Assembly: GCA_035691845.1 (NCBI GenBank)
Contig: DASSIN010000161.1
Span: forward strand, 1 to 58,306
Source: Candidatus Eiseniibacteriota bacterium
GTDB lineage: Bacteria > Eisenbacteria > RBG-16-71-46
Reading direction: 5' to 3'
DNA: 58,306 nt
The notes beneath the pieces are model-generated. The model was not told the DNA's origin, made no database searches, and saw only the letters and a list, made by a program, of their open reading frames with translations. The position numbers and the translations under genes were made by a program. Below, in pieces: positions 44,389 through 53,159 of this stretch; position 1 is the first letter of the stretch; the number at the start of each line of letters is the position of its first letter.

Positions 44389-46968
44389 GTGACCCCACAC
44401 GATGACACTCCCGAGCCCCCGTCGCGCACGTGGAACGAATTGCAGGCGCTGTTCCACGAGCTCGCCGCCCTCCCCGGGCCCGGGCGGGAGGCAAGGCTCG
44501 CCGAACTCGCGCGGGACGACCCCGCCCGGGCCCGCGAGGTGCTGTCGCTGCTCGATGCGCACGCCGCGTCGGGGGAGTTTCTCGAGGATCCGCCCATCCC
44601 GGCCGCGCCGTCTCCGGCGATGGTGGGGCAGCGGCTCGGACCCTACCGCATTGTCGGGGAGATCGGCCGCGGCGGCATGGGCGTCGTGTACCGGGCCGAG
44701 CGCGATGACGCCGAGTTCTCGAAGCAGGTCGCGATCAAGCTGATCGAGCCGGGCATGCGTTCGCACGACATCCTGCGCCGCTTCAACAACGAGCGGCAGA
44801 TCCTCGCGATGCTCGAGCACCCGCACATCGCGCGGCTCCTGGACGGCGGCACGGCGCCGGACGGCGGCCCCTACATCGTGATGGAGTACGTGTCGGGGCA
44901 GCCGCTGCTCGGCTACTGCGACGAGCGCCGGCTGGGGCTCGAGGCGCGGCTCGCGTTGTTCCTGACGGTCTGTGACGCCGTGCAGTTTGCGCACCAGCGC
45001 CTGGTGGTGCACCGCGACCTCAAGTCGGACAACGTGCTCGTCACGCCCGAGGGCTCACCGCGCCTGCTCGATTTCGGCATCGCCAAGCTGATCACGCCCG
45101 ACACGGGCGAGGCCACGGTCACGATGCCGATGCACCGCATGCTCACGCCCGACTACGCGAGCCCCGAGCAGATCCGGGGTGAGCCCGCGACGGTGGCGAG
45201 CGACATCTACTCGCTGGGCGTGATCCTCTACGAGCTGATGTGCGGCGAGCGCCCGCACCGTTTCACGACGACCAGCCCCGACGGGGCCTCCCGGGTCCTG
45301 CGCGAGATCGACCCCGTGCGACCGAGCACTGCGATCGCCCGCGCCGCGGCCGCGGAGGTGGCCGAGCGTCGGGGCGAGACCATCCGCCGCCTGGCGCGCC
45401 GGCTCGCGGGTGATCTCGACTTCATCGTCCTGAAGGCCCTCGAGTACGACCCGACGCGGCGCTACGGCTCCGTGGAACAATTCGCCCGCGATCTACGCCG
45501 CCACCTCGACGGGCGTCCCGTGCTCGCCCGGGGCCGGTTCACGCTCTACCGGACGTCCCGGTTCCTGCGCCGGAACCGTGCCGGCGTCATCGCCGGCGCG
45601 CTGGTGACCGGCGCGCTGATCGCCGGGCTGGTGGGCACGGCCTGGCAGGCGCGCATCGCGGACCGCGAGCGGGATCTCGCGCGCCGCCGCTTCGACGAGA
45701 GTCGCGGGCTGACCCATGCCGTGATGTTCGACATCCACGACGCGATCGCCCCCCTGCCGGGATCGACGCGCGCGCGCGAGCTGCTCGTCCAGCACGCCAT
45801 TCACTACCTCGACGGGCTCAGCCGCGACGCCAGGGGCGATGCGTCGCTCGAGCGCGAGCTCGCGCTCGCGTACGCCAAGATCGGCGACGTTCAGGGCCGG
45901 CCGCTGTTCCCGAACCTCGGTCGTGCCGCGGACGCGCTGCGCAGCTACGACCAGGCGTTGCAGATCCTGTCCGGGCTCTCGGCCGCCCAGCCCGAATCGC
46001 TCGCCATCTTCCACGACTGGATCGTCGTGGTGCAGCGGCGCGCCGACCTGCTCGACGTGTTGGGGCGTCATCGTGAAGCGCTGGCGCAGGCGGTCGACGC
46101 GCGCGAGCGGGTGGAGCGCGCTCTGGCGCGGCGCCGGGACGACGCCGTGCTGCTCGCGGATCTGTGCATCTCGTGCGACCATCTCGTCGACCTCCGGCTC
46201 AACGCGGCCGACACGCTGGGAGCCATATCGGAGTGCACCACGAACCTGGTGCTGGCCGAGCAGGACTTCCGCCGGCACCCCCGGGACGCCGGTGCCCGCC
46301 GCGGCGCGCTCATCGCGTGCACCAAGATGGCGAACCTCCGCGGCATGCGCGGTGACCGCGACTCGGCACAGGTGTTCTTTCGACGCGGCGAGGAGCTGGC
46401 GTCGGAGGCGTTGGCGACGCAACCCAACAACACGGAAGCGAACCGCGATCTGTCGATCGTCTACACCATGCACGGCCTGTTCCTCGCCGGTTGCGGCGCC
46501 ATCGACTCCGCTTTGGCGGTGTACGGGCACGCCCAGCAGATCGCCGAGATGCTGGCCGCGGCCGACACGAACAACGCCCTGGTGCGGGCCGACGTCGCGG
46601 ACGGGCATCTCGACCTGGGCAACATCCTGATGAAGGGGCGTCGGTTTCCGGAGGCGGAGCGCCGGTTCCGGGCGGCGTACGAGGGGTTCGCGAAGATGGC
46701 TGCAGCGGACACCGGGAACAGCGAGAACCGTGTCTACATGGCGCGGAGCAGCCGGGGCGTGGGCGAGGCGAGCCGGGAGCTCTCCCGCCAGGCCGGGTCG
46801 GCGGCCGAGCGCGCGCGCTGGCGCGCGCAGGCGCTGGCGTGGTTCACGCGCAGCCTCGAGCTGTACCGCGGGCTCGTTCGCGCGGGCGCTCTGAACGGCG
46901 AGGACACCCGCGCGCCGAACGAGCTGGGACTGGTGATCGCAAAGCTCCGCGGGCCGCACGGCGGGTAG
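44389..46968 (+). CDS. Membrane-anchored Hanks-type Ser/Thr protein kinase with TPR-like C-terminal domain
   Basis: GRGGMGVVY, VAIK, HRDLKSDN, DFG, YASPEQ, DIYSLG; one TM; long helical C-terminal region. Confidence 0.95.
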   Translation: MTPHDDTPEPPSRTWNELQALFHELAALPGPGREARLAELARDDPARAREVLSLLDAHAASGEFLEDPPIPAAPSPAMVGQRLGPYRIVGEIGRGGMGVVYRAERDDAEFSKQVAIKLIEPGMRSHDILRRFNNERQILAMLEHPHIARLLDGGTAPDGGPYIVMEYVSGQPLLGYCDERRLGLEARLALFLTVCDAVQFAHQRLVVHRDLKSDNVLVTPEGSPRLLDFGIAKLITPDTGEATVTMPMHRMLTPDYASPEQIRGEPATVASDIYSLGVILYELMCGERPHRFTTTSPDGASRVLREIDPVRPSTAIARAAAAEVAERRGETIRRLARRLAGDLDFIVLKALEYDPTRRYGSVEQFARDLRRHLDGRPVLARGRFTLYRTSRFLRRNRAGVIAGALVTGALIAGLVGTAWQARIADRERDLARRRFDESRGLTHAVMFDIHDAIAPLPGSTRARELLVQHAIHYLDGLSRDARGDASLERELALAYAKIGDVQGRPLFPNLGRAADALRSYDQALQILSGLSAAQPESLAIFHDWIVVVQRRADLLDVLGRHREALAQAVDARERVERALARRRDDAVLLADLCISCDHLVDLRLNAADTLGAISECTTNLVLAEQDFRRHPRDAGARRGALIACTKMANLRGMRGDRDSAQVFFRRGEELASEALATQPNNTEANRDLSIVYTMHGLFLAGCGAIDSALAVYGHAQQIAEMLAAADTNNALVRADVADGHLDLGNILMKGRRFPEAERRFRAAYEGFAKMAAADTGNSENRVYMARSSRGVGEASRELSRQAGSAAERARWRAQALAWFTRSLELYRGLVRAGALNGEDTRAPNELGLVIAKLRGPHGG

Positions 46969-46983
46969 GAGCGAGGTCGCCCG

Positions 46984-47559
46984 TCACGGCTCGGGTGGCG
47001 CCGCCCCGCTCAGCTCGCGGTAAAGCCACGCGCGGGCGAACGCCCAGTCCCGCTTCACCGTCATCGGCGAAATCCCGAGTGCGCCCGCAGTCTCCTCGAT
47101 GGTGAGGCCGCCGAAGTAGCGGAGCTCCACGATTCGCGCTTGGCGTTCGCTGTGGCGCGCGAGCGTTTCGAGCGCGCGGTCCAGGTCATCGAACCCGACC
47201 GGGGTCGTGCCGGCGACCAGGCGGTCCGTATCGAGCGACACGGGCTGCTGCGCGCCGCCCCGCTTCTGCGCCGAGCGACGGCGGGCATGGTCCACGAGCA
47301 CGGCGCGCATCGCCCGGGCCGCCACGCACATGAAGTGGCGGCGCCCCGACCACGGCCGTTCGGCGCGACCGACCAGCCGCAGGTAGACCTCGTGCGCAAG
47401 AGCGGTTGGCTGCAATGTGTGATCGGGGCGCTCGCTTCGAAGCTGGCGGGCCGCCATCTGCTTCAGCTCCGCGTAGACGATCGGGAGCAGCTGGTCGAGG
47501 GCCTCAGGGTCGCCGGCCGCAACGCCTCTCAGGGTGTCGGAAATCGGCTCGCGTTCCAC
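46984..47559 (-). CDS. ECF sigma factor of the kinase-associated type (TIGR02999-like)
   Basis: LLPIVYAELKQMA, HTLQPTALAHEVYLRL, RRHFMCVAARAMRAVLVDHAR...KRGG, VELRYFGGLTIEETA, KRDWAFARAWL. Confidence 0.92.
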   Translation of the reverse strand: MEREPISDTLRGVAAGDPEALDQLLPIVYAELKQMAARQLRSERPDHTLQPTALAHEVYLRLVGRAERPWSGRRHFMCVAARAMRAVLVDHARRRSAQKRGGAQQPVSLDTDRLVAGTTPVGFDDLDRALETLARHSERQARIVELRYFGGLTIEETAGALGISPMTVKRDWAFARAWLYRELSGAAPPEP

Positions 47560-47871
47560 CGTCGTCTCCCCGCTGGCCGCCGTTCGCTGTGGAGTCTCAC
47601 CAGGTGGTTCACACCCGACACTGTCCAGCTGGAGTCCTCCTGGCGGACGATCGTGGTGTCGAGGCCACGGACAACCGAGCCGGAAGCCCGGATGATCCTC
47701 CACAGTGGAGCACGGAAGCGCCCGGCGAGTCGAGCCCTGCTCGCACGCGGGGGTGCGAGAATCTGTTCCGATCCAATAAGTGACTTCGGCCCTGACAGAC
47801 TCTTCATAGCTCGAGACGCTGCCGACGACCTGCCCGTCACAGACGATGGTTCGGTTGATGGAGGTCGGCTC

Positions 47872-50085
47872 CTAGCCGAGCACCGCGACACGAGCCCGCG
47901 CGACATGCGGTCCCTGCGTGAGGCGCATGAAGTACAAACCGGGGACCAGGCGAGTTCCCGTGCTCAGATCGAGCGTGTGCCGTCCGGGCCCGAGCGATCC
48001 GACCTCGCGGCTGGCCACGGTCCGTCCGCTCACGTCGACGAGCTCGAGTCGTGCCGGTTCGCCGCTGAGCAGCGAGAACGAGATCACCAGTCCAAGGTTG
48101 TGCGCAGGGCTCGCCGGAGCATCCAGGGCGAACGCCACGGGGCCGCCGCCGTTCGCGCTCAGCGTTCCGGCTGGCGAGATGAGTGCGAACGCGCTCTCGT
48201 TGCCGTGGATGTCCACCGCGCTCAGCTTGTAGTAGGAACCGGCCGGACCGACGTCCGCGTAGCCGGTGTCGGGCTGGCTGGCTAGCAGGTTCCCCGGGCC
48301 CGGCGTGAATCCGGCCGAGGCGCCCTTGTAGATTCGGTACAGGGAGAAATCAGACTCCGGGTTCACGCCCCAATGAAGAAGCGTCGCTCCCGCCTGATAG
48401 GCCGCAGCGACGGGAGTCGGCGTCCCGGGAGGGAGGTTGTCCACCGAATACCCGCTGTCGGGAGCGGATGACCAGTAGAGGCCGGTCGAGAGTTGCTCGG
48501 CTTCCACCATGATCAGCGTGTTGGGGTTCGATGTGGGCGTCGAGTCGGAAAGCGTCGGCACGCTGTAGCTGTAGCCGGGGAAGCCGTGCGACGCCTGGCT
48601 GCCGACGAACTCCCAGTAGATGACCTGGCCGGCCTCAATCGAGGTGCGGATCGCGCCTGGCCGTGGCGCCGGCCCACCGGCCTCCGTGAGCGACGCAGTG
48701 CTCGTCGGCGTCGCTTCGGAGGTGCCGGTTGGGACTTGCCGCCAGATCCAGTAGGCGTCGATCGGATTGCCGGGCGCAAAGTCCATCATGCTCTTGTTCC
48801 AGCGCACGGTCAGCTTGCCGCCCTCGTCGTTGGGAACGTCCGCGACCGTGACGATCCCTGGCGCGGGATCGACGAACACCCATGCCGCTCCGGCATTCGA
48901 GTTGTCGGCGGTCCCGCCTTCGATTGCGGTGTACCCATCGGCAGAGAGCGCGACCGAGATCGCCTGGCTCGCGGCTCCCGCGGCGCCGGTGCCCACCAGC
49001 TTCGCACCCGGCTGGGTCCACGTCCCGTTGTTGCGCGTGAAGACCCACGCGGCTCCGGTATTCGAGTTGTCGGCGAACCCGCCCACGATCGCGGTGTTGC
49101 CATCGCCCGAGAGGGCGAGCGAGTGCCCTTGGAACGCCCCTCCGATCGGGCCACTTCCCACCAGCTTCGCGCCCTGCTGACTCCACACGCCGCCGCTGCG
49201 CGTGTAGACGAACGCCGCTCCGGCGCCCGAGTTGTCGCCCGACCCTGCCACCATCGCGGTGTTCCCGTCCGCCGAGAGGGCGACCGAGAATCCTTGCTGC
49301 GCGCCCGCCGTCGCATCGACTCCCGTCAGCTTCGCGCCCTGCTGGGTCCACACCCCGCCGCTGCGCGTGAACACCCACGCGGCTCCGAGGTTCGAGTTGT
49401 CGGCAAAGCCGCCCACGATCGCGGTGTTCCCGTCCGCCGACAGGGCGACCGAGAGTCCCTGCCGCGCGCTTCCCACCGCGCCGCTCCCCACCAACTTCGC
49501 GCCCTGCTGACTCCACACGCCGCCGCTGCGCGTGTAGACCCACGCGGCTCCGACGTTCGAGTTGTCGGTGTTGCCACCCACGATCGCCGTGTTGCCGTCC
49601 GCCGAGAGAGCGACCGACAGCCCCTGGTTCGCGGCTCCCGCCGCGCCACTTCCCACCAGCTTCGCGCCCTGCTGGGTCCACAATCCGGCGTTGCGCGTGA
49701 AGACCCACGCCGCTCCGACATTCGTGTTGTCGCCGTTCCCGCCGATGATCACGGTGTTCCCGTCCGCCGACACGGCGACCGATGCTCCTTCCAGCGCGGT
49801 TCCCACCGGGCCCGAGCCGATCAGCTTCGTCTGCTGACTCCACACGTTGCCGCTCCGCGTATAGACCCACGCCGCTCCGGTGCCGCTCGCGCCGTCATGG
49901 AATCCACCCACGATCGCGGTGGTCCCATCCGCGGAGAGCGCGACCGAGGATCCCTGCTGCGCAGCTCCCACGGCCGCCGTGCCCACGAGCTTCGCGCCCT
50001 GCTGGTAGTTGGGCGCAGGGCTCGCTCCGGCGCTTGCCGAGATCACGGTGAGCACAGTGACGAAGATGAGCGCTTTGGGGAGCAT
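47872..50085 (-). CDS. Secreted FG-GAP/integrin-like 7-repeat propeller + Ig/FN3-like domains + short T9SS-like CTD
   Basis: GAGGAG RBS, signal peptide; seven ~55-aa repeats QQGAKLVG...SVALSADGNTAIVGG..DNS..GAAWVFTR; CTD LVDVSGR...PGLYFMRL. Confidence 0.92.
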   Translation of the reverse strand: MLPKALIFVTVLTVISASAGASPAPNYQQGAKLVGTAAVGAAQQGSSVALSADGTTAIVGGFHDGASGTGAAWVYTRSGNVWSQQTKLIGSGPVGTALEGASVAVSADGNTVIIGGNGDNTNVGAAWVFTRNAGLWTQQGAKLVGSGAAGAANQGLSVALSADGNTAIVGGNTDNSNVGAAWVYTRSGGVWSQQGAKLVGSGAVGSARQGLSVALSADGNTAIVGGFADNSNLGAAWVFTRSGGVWTQQGAKLTGVDATAGAQQGFSVALSADGNTAMVAGSGDNSGAGAAFVYTRSGGVWSQQGAKLVGSGPIGGAFQGHSLALSGDGNTAIVGGFADNSNTGAAWVFTRNNGTWTQPGAKLVGTGAAGAASQAISVALSADGYTAIEGGTADNSNAGAAWVFVDPAPGIVTVADVPNDEGGKLTVRWNKSMMDFAPGNPIDAYWIWRQVPTGTSEATPTSTASLTEAGGPAPRPGAIRTSIEAGQVIYWEFVGSQASHGFPGYSYSVPTLSDSTPTSNPNTLIMVEAEQLSTGLYWSSAPDSGYSVDNLPPGTPTPVAAAYQAGATLLHWGVNPESDFSLYRIYKGASAGFTPGPGNLLASQPDTGYADVGPAGSYYKLSAVDIHGNESAFALISPAGTLSANGGGPVAFALDAPASPAHNLGLVISFSLLSGEPARLELVDVSGRTVASREVGSLGPGRHTLDLSTGTRLVPGLYFMRLTQGPHVARARVAVLG
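48871..50010 (-). repeat. Intragenic tandem repeats, ~165-nt period, 7 units
   Basis: GCCCTGCTG anchor recurs at 49171, 49336, 49501, 49666 (165-nt steps) with long identical flanks. Confidence 0.9.
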
Positions 50086-50328
50086 GGGGATCTCCTCGCA
50101 GGATGAGGACCTCGAACGCGACCCGGTTCCGCGCCGGCGCCGACAAGGGAACACGCGGAGGAAACGGGCGGGACAGGGGAAACGAACGCGCGAAATCGCC
50201 GCGCCGGCTCGGCGCTGCGGGCCCGAGGGCATGCAGGCGCCGGCGCCAGCTGGCGATGGGTCGCGGGCGGTCTCTGGTTTCTTGACGCATCGCTCGCGCG
50301 GGTGGTGGGATCGCGCCCAGGAGGTCGT

Positions 50329-51087
50329 ATGGCCACGTTCGTGCTCGTCCATCCCGCCTGGTTCGGCGGGTGGTGCTGGAACAAGGTCGCAGACCGGCTC
50401 CGCGCGCAGGGGCACACGGTCTACACGCCGACGCTGACTGGCCTCGCGGAGCGCAGCCACCTTGCCAGTCGCGACGTGGGCTTGACGACGCACATCGACG
50501 ATATTGCCGGCGTCGTGACGTTCGAGGGGCTGGCCGATGTCGTCCTGGTCGGGTCGAGCTCCGGCGGGACGGTCATCACCGGCGTGGCCGATCGGCTGCC
50601 GGACCGTATTGGGGCGCTCGTCTACCTCGATGCGTTCGTCCCATCCGACGGGCAGAGCACCCTCGATCTGCTGCCGCCCGAGCGACGGGCAGCGCTCGAT
50701 GCGCAAGTGGAGACGGAGGGCGGCGGCTGGCTCCTGCCCCGCTTCGCCCCGCCGCCGTGGCCGACCATCGTGCGCACCATGTGGCATATCGTCGATGAGG
50801 CCGACCTCCAGTGGGTGCTGCCGCGCCTGCGACCGACGCCCTACCGCCATTTCACCGATCCGATTCGCCTCACGGCGTCGAACCTGCAAGCGATCGATCG
50901 TGTCTACGTGCGATGCCCCCGTGTTCCGGCGCCCTTCGACGTGTTCGCGGCGGCGGCGAAGTCCGACCCGGCCTGGAGATATCGCGAACTCGACACTCCG
51001 CACGTCCCGTTCGTGACTCACCCCGACGAGGTCACGACCGTCCTGCTCGAAGTGGCTGCCTCGCATCCGCGAGCGGCGTCCCCGTAG
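50329..51087 (+). CDS. Alpha/beta-fold esterase
   Basis: MATFVLVHPAWFGGWCW, PTLTGL, VLVGSSSGG nucleophile elbow, LVYLDAFVP; GGAGG RBS. Confidence 0.9.
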   Translation: MATFVLVHPAWFGGWCWNKVADRLRAQGHTVYTPTLTGLAERSHLASRDVGLTTHIDDIAGVVTFEGLADVVLVGSSSGGTVITGVADRLPDRIGALVYLDAFVPSDGQSTLDLLPPERRAALDAQVETEGGGWLLPRFAPPPWPTIVRTMWHIVDEADLQWVLPRLRPTPYRHFTDPIRLTASNLQAIDRVYVRCPRVPAPFDVFAAAAKSDPAWRYRELDTPHVPFVTHPDEVTTVLLEVAASHPRAASP

Positions 51088-51153
51088 ACCCAGGCGGTGC
51101 TCCCGACCGCCGCGTAGCCGCGCGACGCGGCCAACCCGCCTCGCGGCCGGTCG

Positions 51154-52908
51154 TCATCCGGGAACGCGCACGGCCCGTGGTCCGCTGGCGCCGCCGGGGC
51201 GGATCGCCAGGATCGCACCGTGCGCGTCGCGCTCGATCGCAATGGGCACGAGGCGCTGCCGGAGCAGATCGAGCGCGACCAGGTCGCCCGTGGGCAGCGC
51301 CGCGACGGGCAGGTTCACGGCGCTGCGAAATCCCGTGCCCGTGCTCACGTCGTTGAGCGCGCCGCCGGCGCGGCCGAGGTAGAGATCGAGGTCTCCGCGC
51401 TCGAAGCGGAGCAGCCCGTACGTGCGCCAGGCCCCGGGATCCCAGGGGATCGGCGCGGTTCCCAGCAGCGCGAAGCCCGTGAGCGGTCCGTTCGCGGCAC
51501 GGTTGGCCGCGATCTCCGAGGCCAGGAATGATCCGCCGAAACCCATCTCCGCCGGGTCCGGCCGGCTCTGCGCCGCCGTGGTGTCGCCACCCGAAACCGC
51601 CAGCAGCAACGCGCGCGTGCGGCGGTCGAACGATCGCTGCGTGGCCGCCAGCGTGTCGGACTCAGGCAGCAACGCCTCCGCCGCGCGGGAGCCGCTGGCC
51701 CGGATGCGCATCCCCCCAGGCGCGCGACTCAACTCGAGCCTCTCGCCGTCGCCCATGTCGTAGTGCCCCGCGAGCGCCGCAGCGGCGCGCGGACCCGGCG
51801 CCGCGACGGCCGGCAGCGCGATCCCGGTCGGGCGACCCAGCAGGATGCGCCGAAGGTCGCGGGCGATCATGCGCTTGGCGACCGCACCGCCATCGATGTC
51901 GTAGACGTCCTGGTTGGTGAGGATCACGATCAGCCGCTGCTCGCCCGGGAACCAGTTCAGCTCGGAGTGGAAGCCGTCGGTGTCACCGCCGTGGAAGATC
52001 ATGGTCGAGTCTGTGCCCGGCGATGCCACGAACCAGCCGTAGCCGTAGCGCGTGCCCTCGCCGGTGTCGACCCGCGGCGCCATCGCGCGCTCGCGCGCGG
52101 CGGCAGGGACGATACGGCCGGCGAGCAGCGCCGCGTGCCAGCGCGCGAGATCTTCCGCCGTGGAAACGGCCGAGCCCGAGCCGGTGCTCTTCCAGCCGGG
52201 CTGCGGATCGACCGGCAGGCCGTTCGGCGCTCCGTCCCGGTTCCCGCGCGCGAGCGGCGCGGACGGGTCCGGCGCGTCCACGAAACCGCTCTCGACCATG
52301 CCCGCGGGCGCGAACACGCGCCGCCGCACGAAACGGTCGTACGACTCGCCCGATGCCCGTTCGACGATCGCCGCCAGCAGCTCGTAGCCGCTGTTCGAGT
52401 AGGCGAAATGGAGGCCCGGCGTTTCGCGCAGCGACGATTGGAGGATGCGCCGCACCGCCTCGTCGCGGCCCAGGCTGTCGCTGGCGCGCAGGGCGTCGCG
52501 GCGCAGCCCGGCCGTGTGGGTGAGCAGGTGCTCGATGGTGATCGAACGCTTGTCGGGCGGCACGTCCGCGAGGAAACGGCCGAGCGTGTCGGCGAGCGCC
52601 AGGCGGCCGTCGCTCTCGAGCGCCAGAATCGCGAGCGCCGTGAACGACTTGGAGAGCGAGGCCACCGGGAACCGCGTGCGGGACGTCACCCGGACCCCGC
52701 GCGCCGCGTCGGCGAGGCCGCGCGATTCATCGAGCACGATCCTGCCGTGCTCGGCGATCAGCACCTGGCCCGAGAATCCGAACGCCGCCAGGCGGTCGAG
52801 GTAGGTGCGGGCCGCGGCGAGCCGCGCGCGATCCACGCCTTCGCCCCGCGCCGCGGCGGCGGACGTCGCGATGATGACGCAGGCCAGGCACGATAGCGCG
52901 ATCCTCAC
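51154..52908 (-). CDS. Secreted serine hydrolase (beta-lactamase/PBP-like family) with C-terminal extension
   Basis: Signal peptide; SLSK (S-x-x-K), LLTHTAG, AYSNSGY, YGYGW, HGGDTDGF. Confidence 0.9.
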   Translation of the reverse strand: MRIALSCLACVIIATSAAAARGEGVDRARLAAARTYLDRLAAFGFSGQVLIAEHGRIVLDESRGLADAARGVRVTSRTRFPVASLSKSFTALAILALESDGRLALADTLGRFLADVPPDKRSITIEHLLTHTAGLRRDALRASDSLGRDEAVRRILQSSLRETPGLHFAYSNSGYELLAAIVERASGESYDRFVRRRVFAPAGMVESGFVDAPDPSAPLARGNRDGAPNGLPVDPQPGWKSTGSGSAVSTAEDLARWHAALLAGRIVPAAARERAMAPRVDTGEGTRYGYGWFVASPGTDSTMIFHGGDTDGFHSELNWFPGEQRLIVILTNQDVYDIDGGAVAKRMIARDLRRILLGRPTGIALPAVAAPGPRAAAALAGHYDMGDGERLELSRAPGGMRIRASGSRAAEALLPESDTLAATQRSFDRRTRALLLAVSGGDTTAAQSRPDPAEMGFGGSFLASEIAANRAANGPLTGFALLGTAPIPWDPGAWRTYGLLRFERGDLDLYLGRAGGALNDVSTGTGFRSAVNLPVAALPTGDLVALDLLRQRLVPIAIERDAHGAILAIRPGGASGPRAVRVPG

Positions 52909-53159
52909 GGCGGCGGACTATCCGGATCGCGGGCGCACGAAATCAACCGGTTTCCGCCGATCGCGGTGAGGCATGCGACCGTCGGCACGGCCAGATGTCT
53001 GGTGTTCGCGACCTGTGGCCGTGCGCTAGAATCCCGGCTCACGCCTGTGGTCCCCGCACACGCGCCGGCCGCCGCGAGGTGATCCCTTCGCGGCGATGAG
53101 CGCGCCAGGATGCGGCGGGGAACGACGATCTCGGACGGCACGACGTAGGAGCGTTTGCC

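Noticed and set aside
48871-50010. Regularly spaced DNA repeats resembling a CRISPR array
   Set aside because: The 165-nt period is a multiple of 3, lies inside an ORF and translates to 55-aa blades; no unique spacers and no cas genes.
27244-52908. MBL-fold and serine beta-lactamase-like genes as antibiotic resistance determinants
   Set aside because: Architectures match housekeeping hydrolase families (NUDIX-LACTB2-like; PBP-like serine hydrolase) and there is no mobile context.
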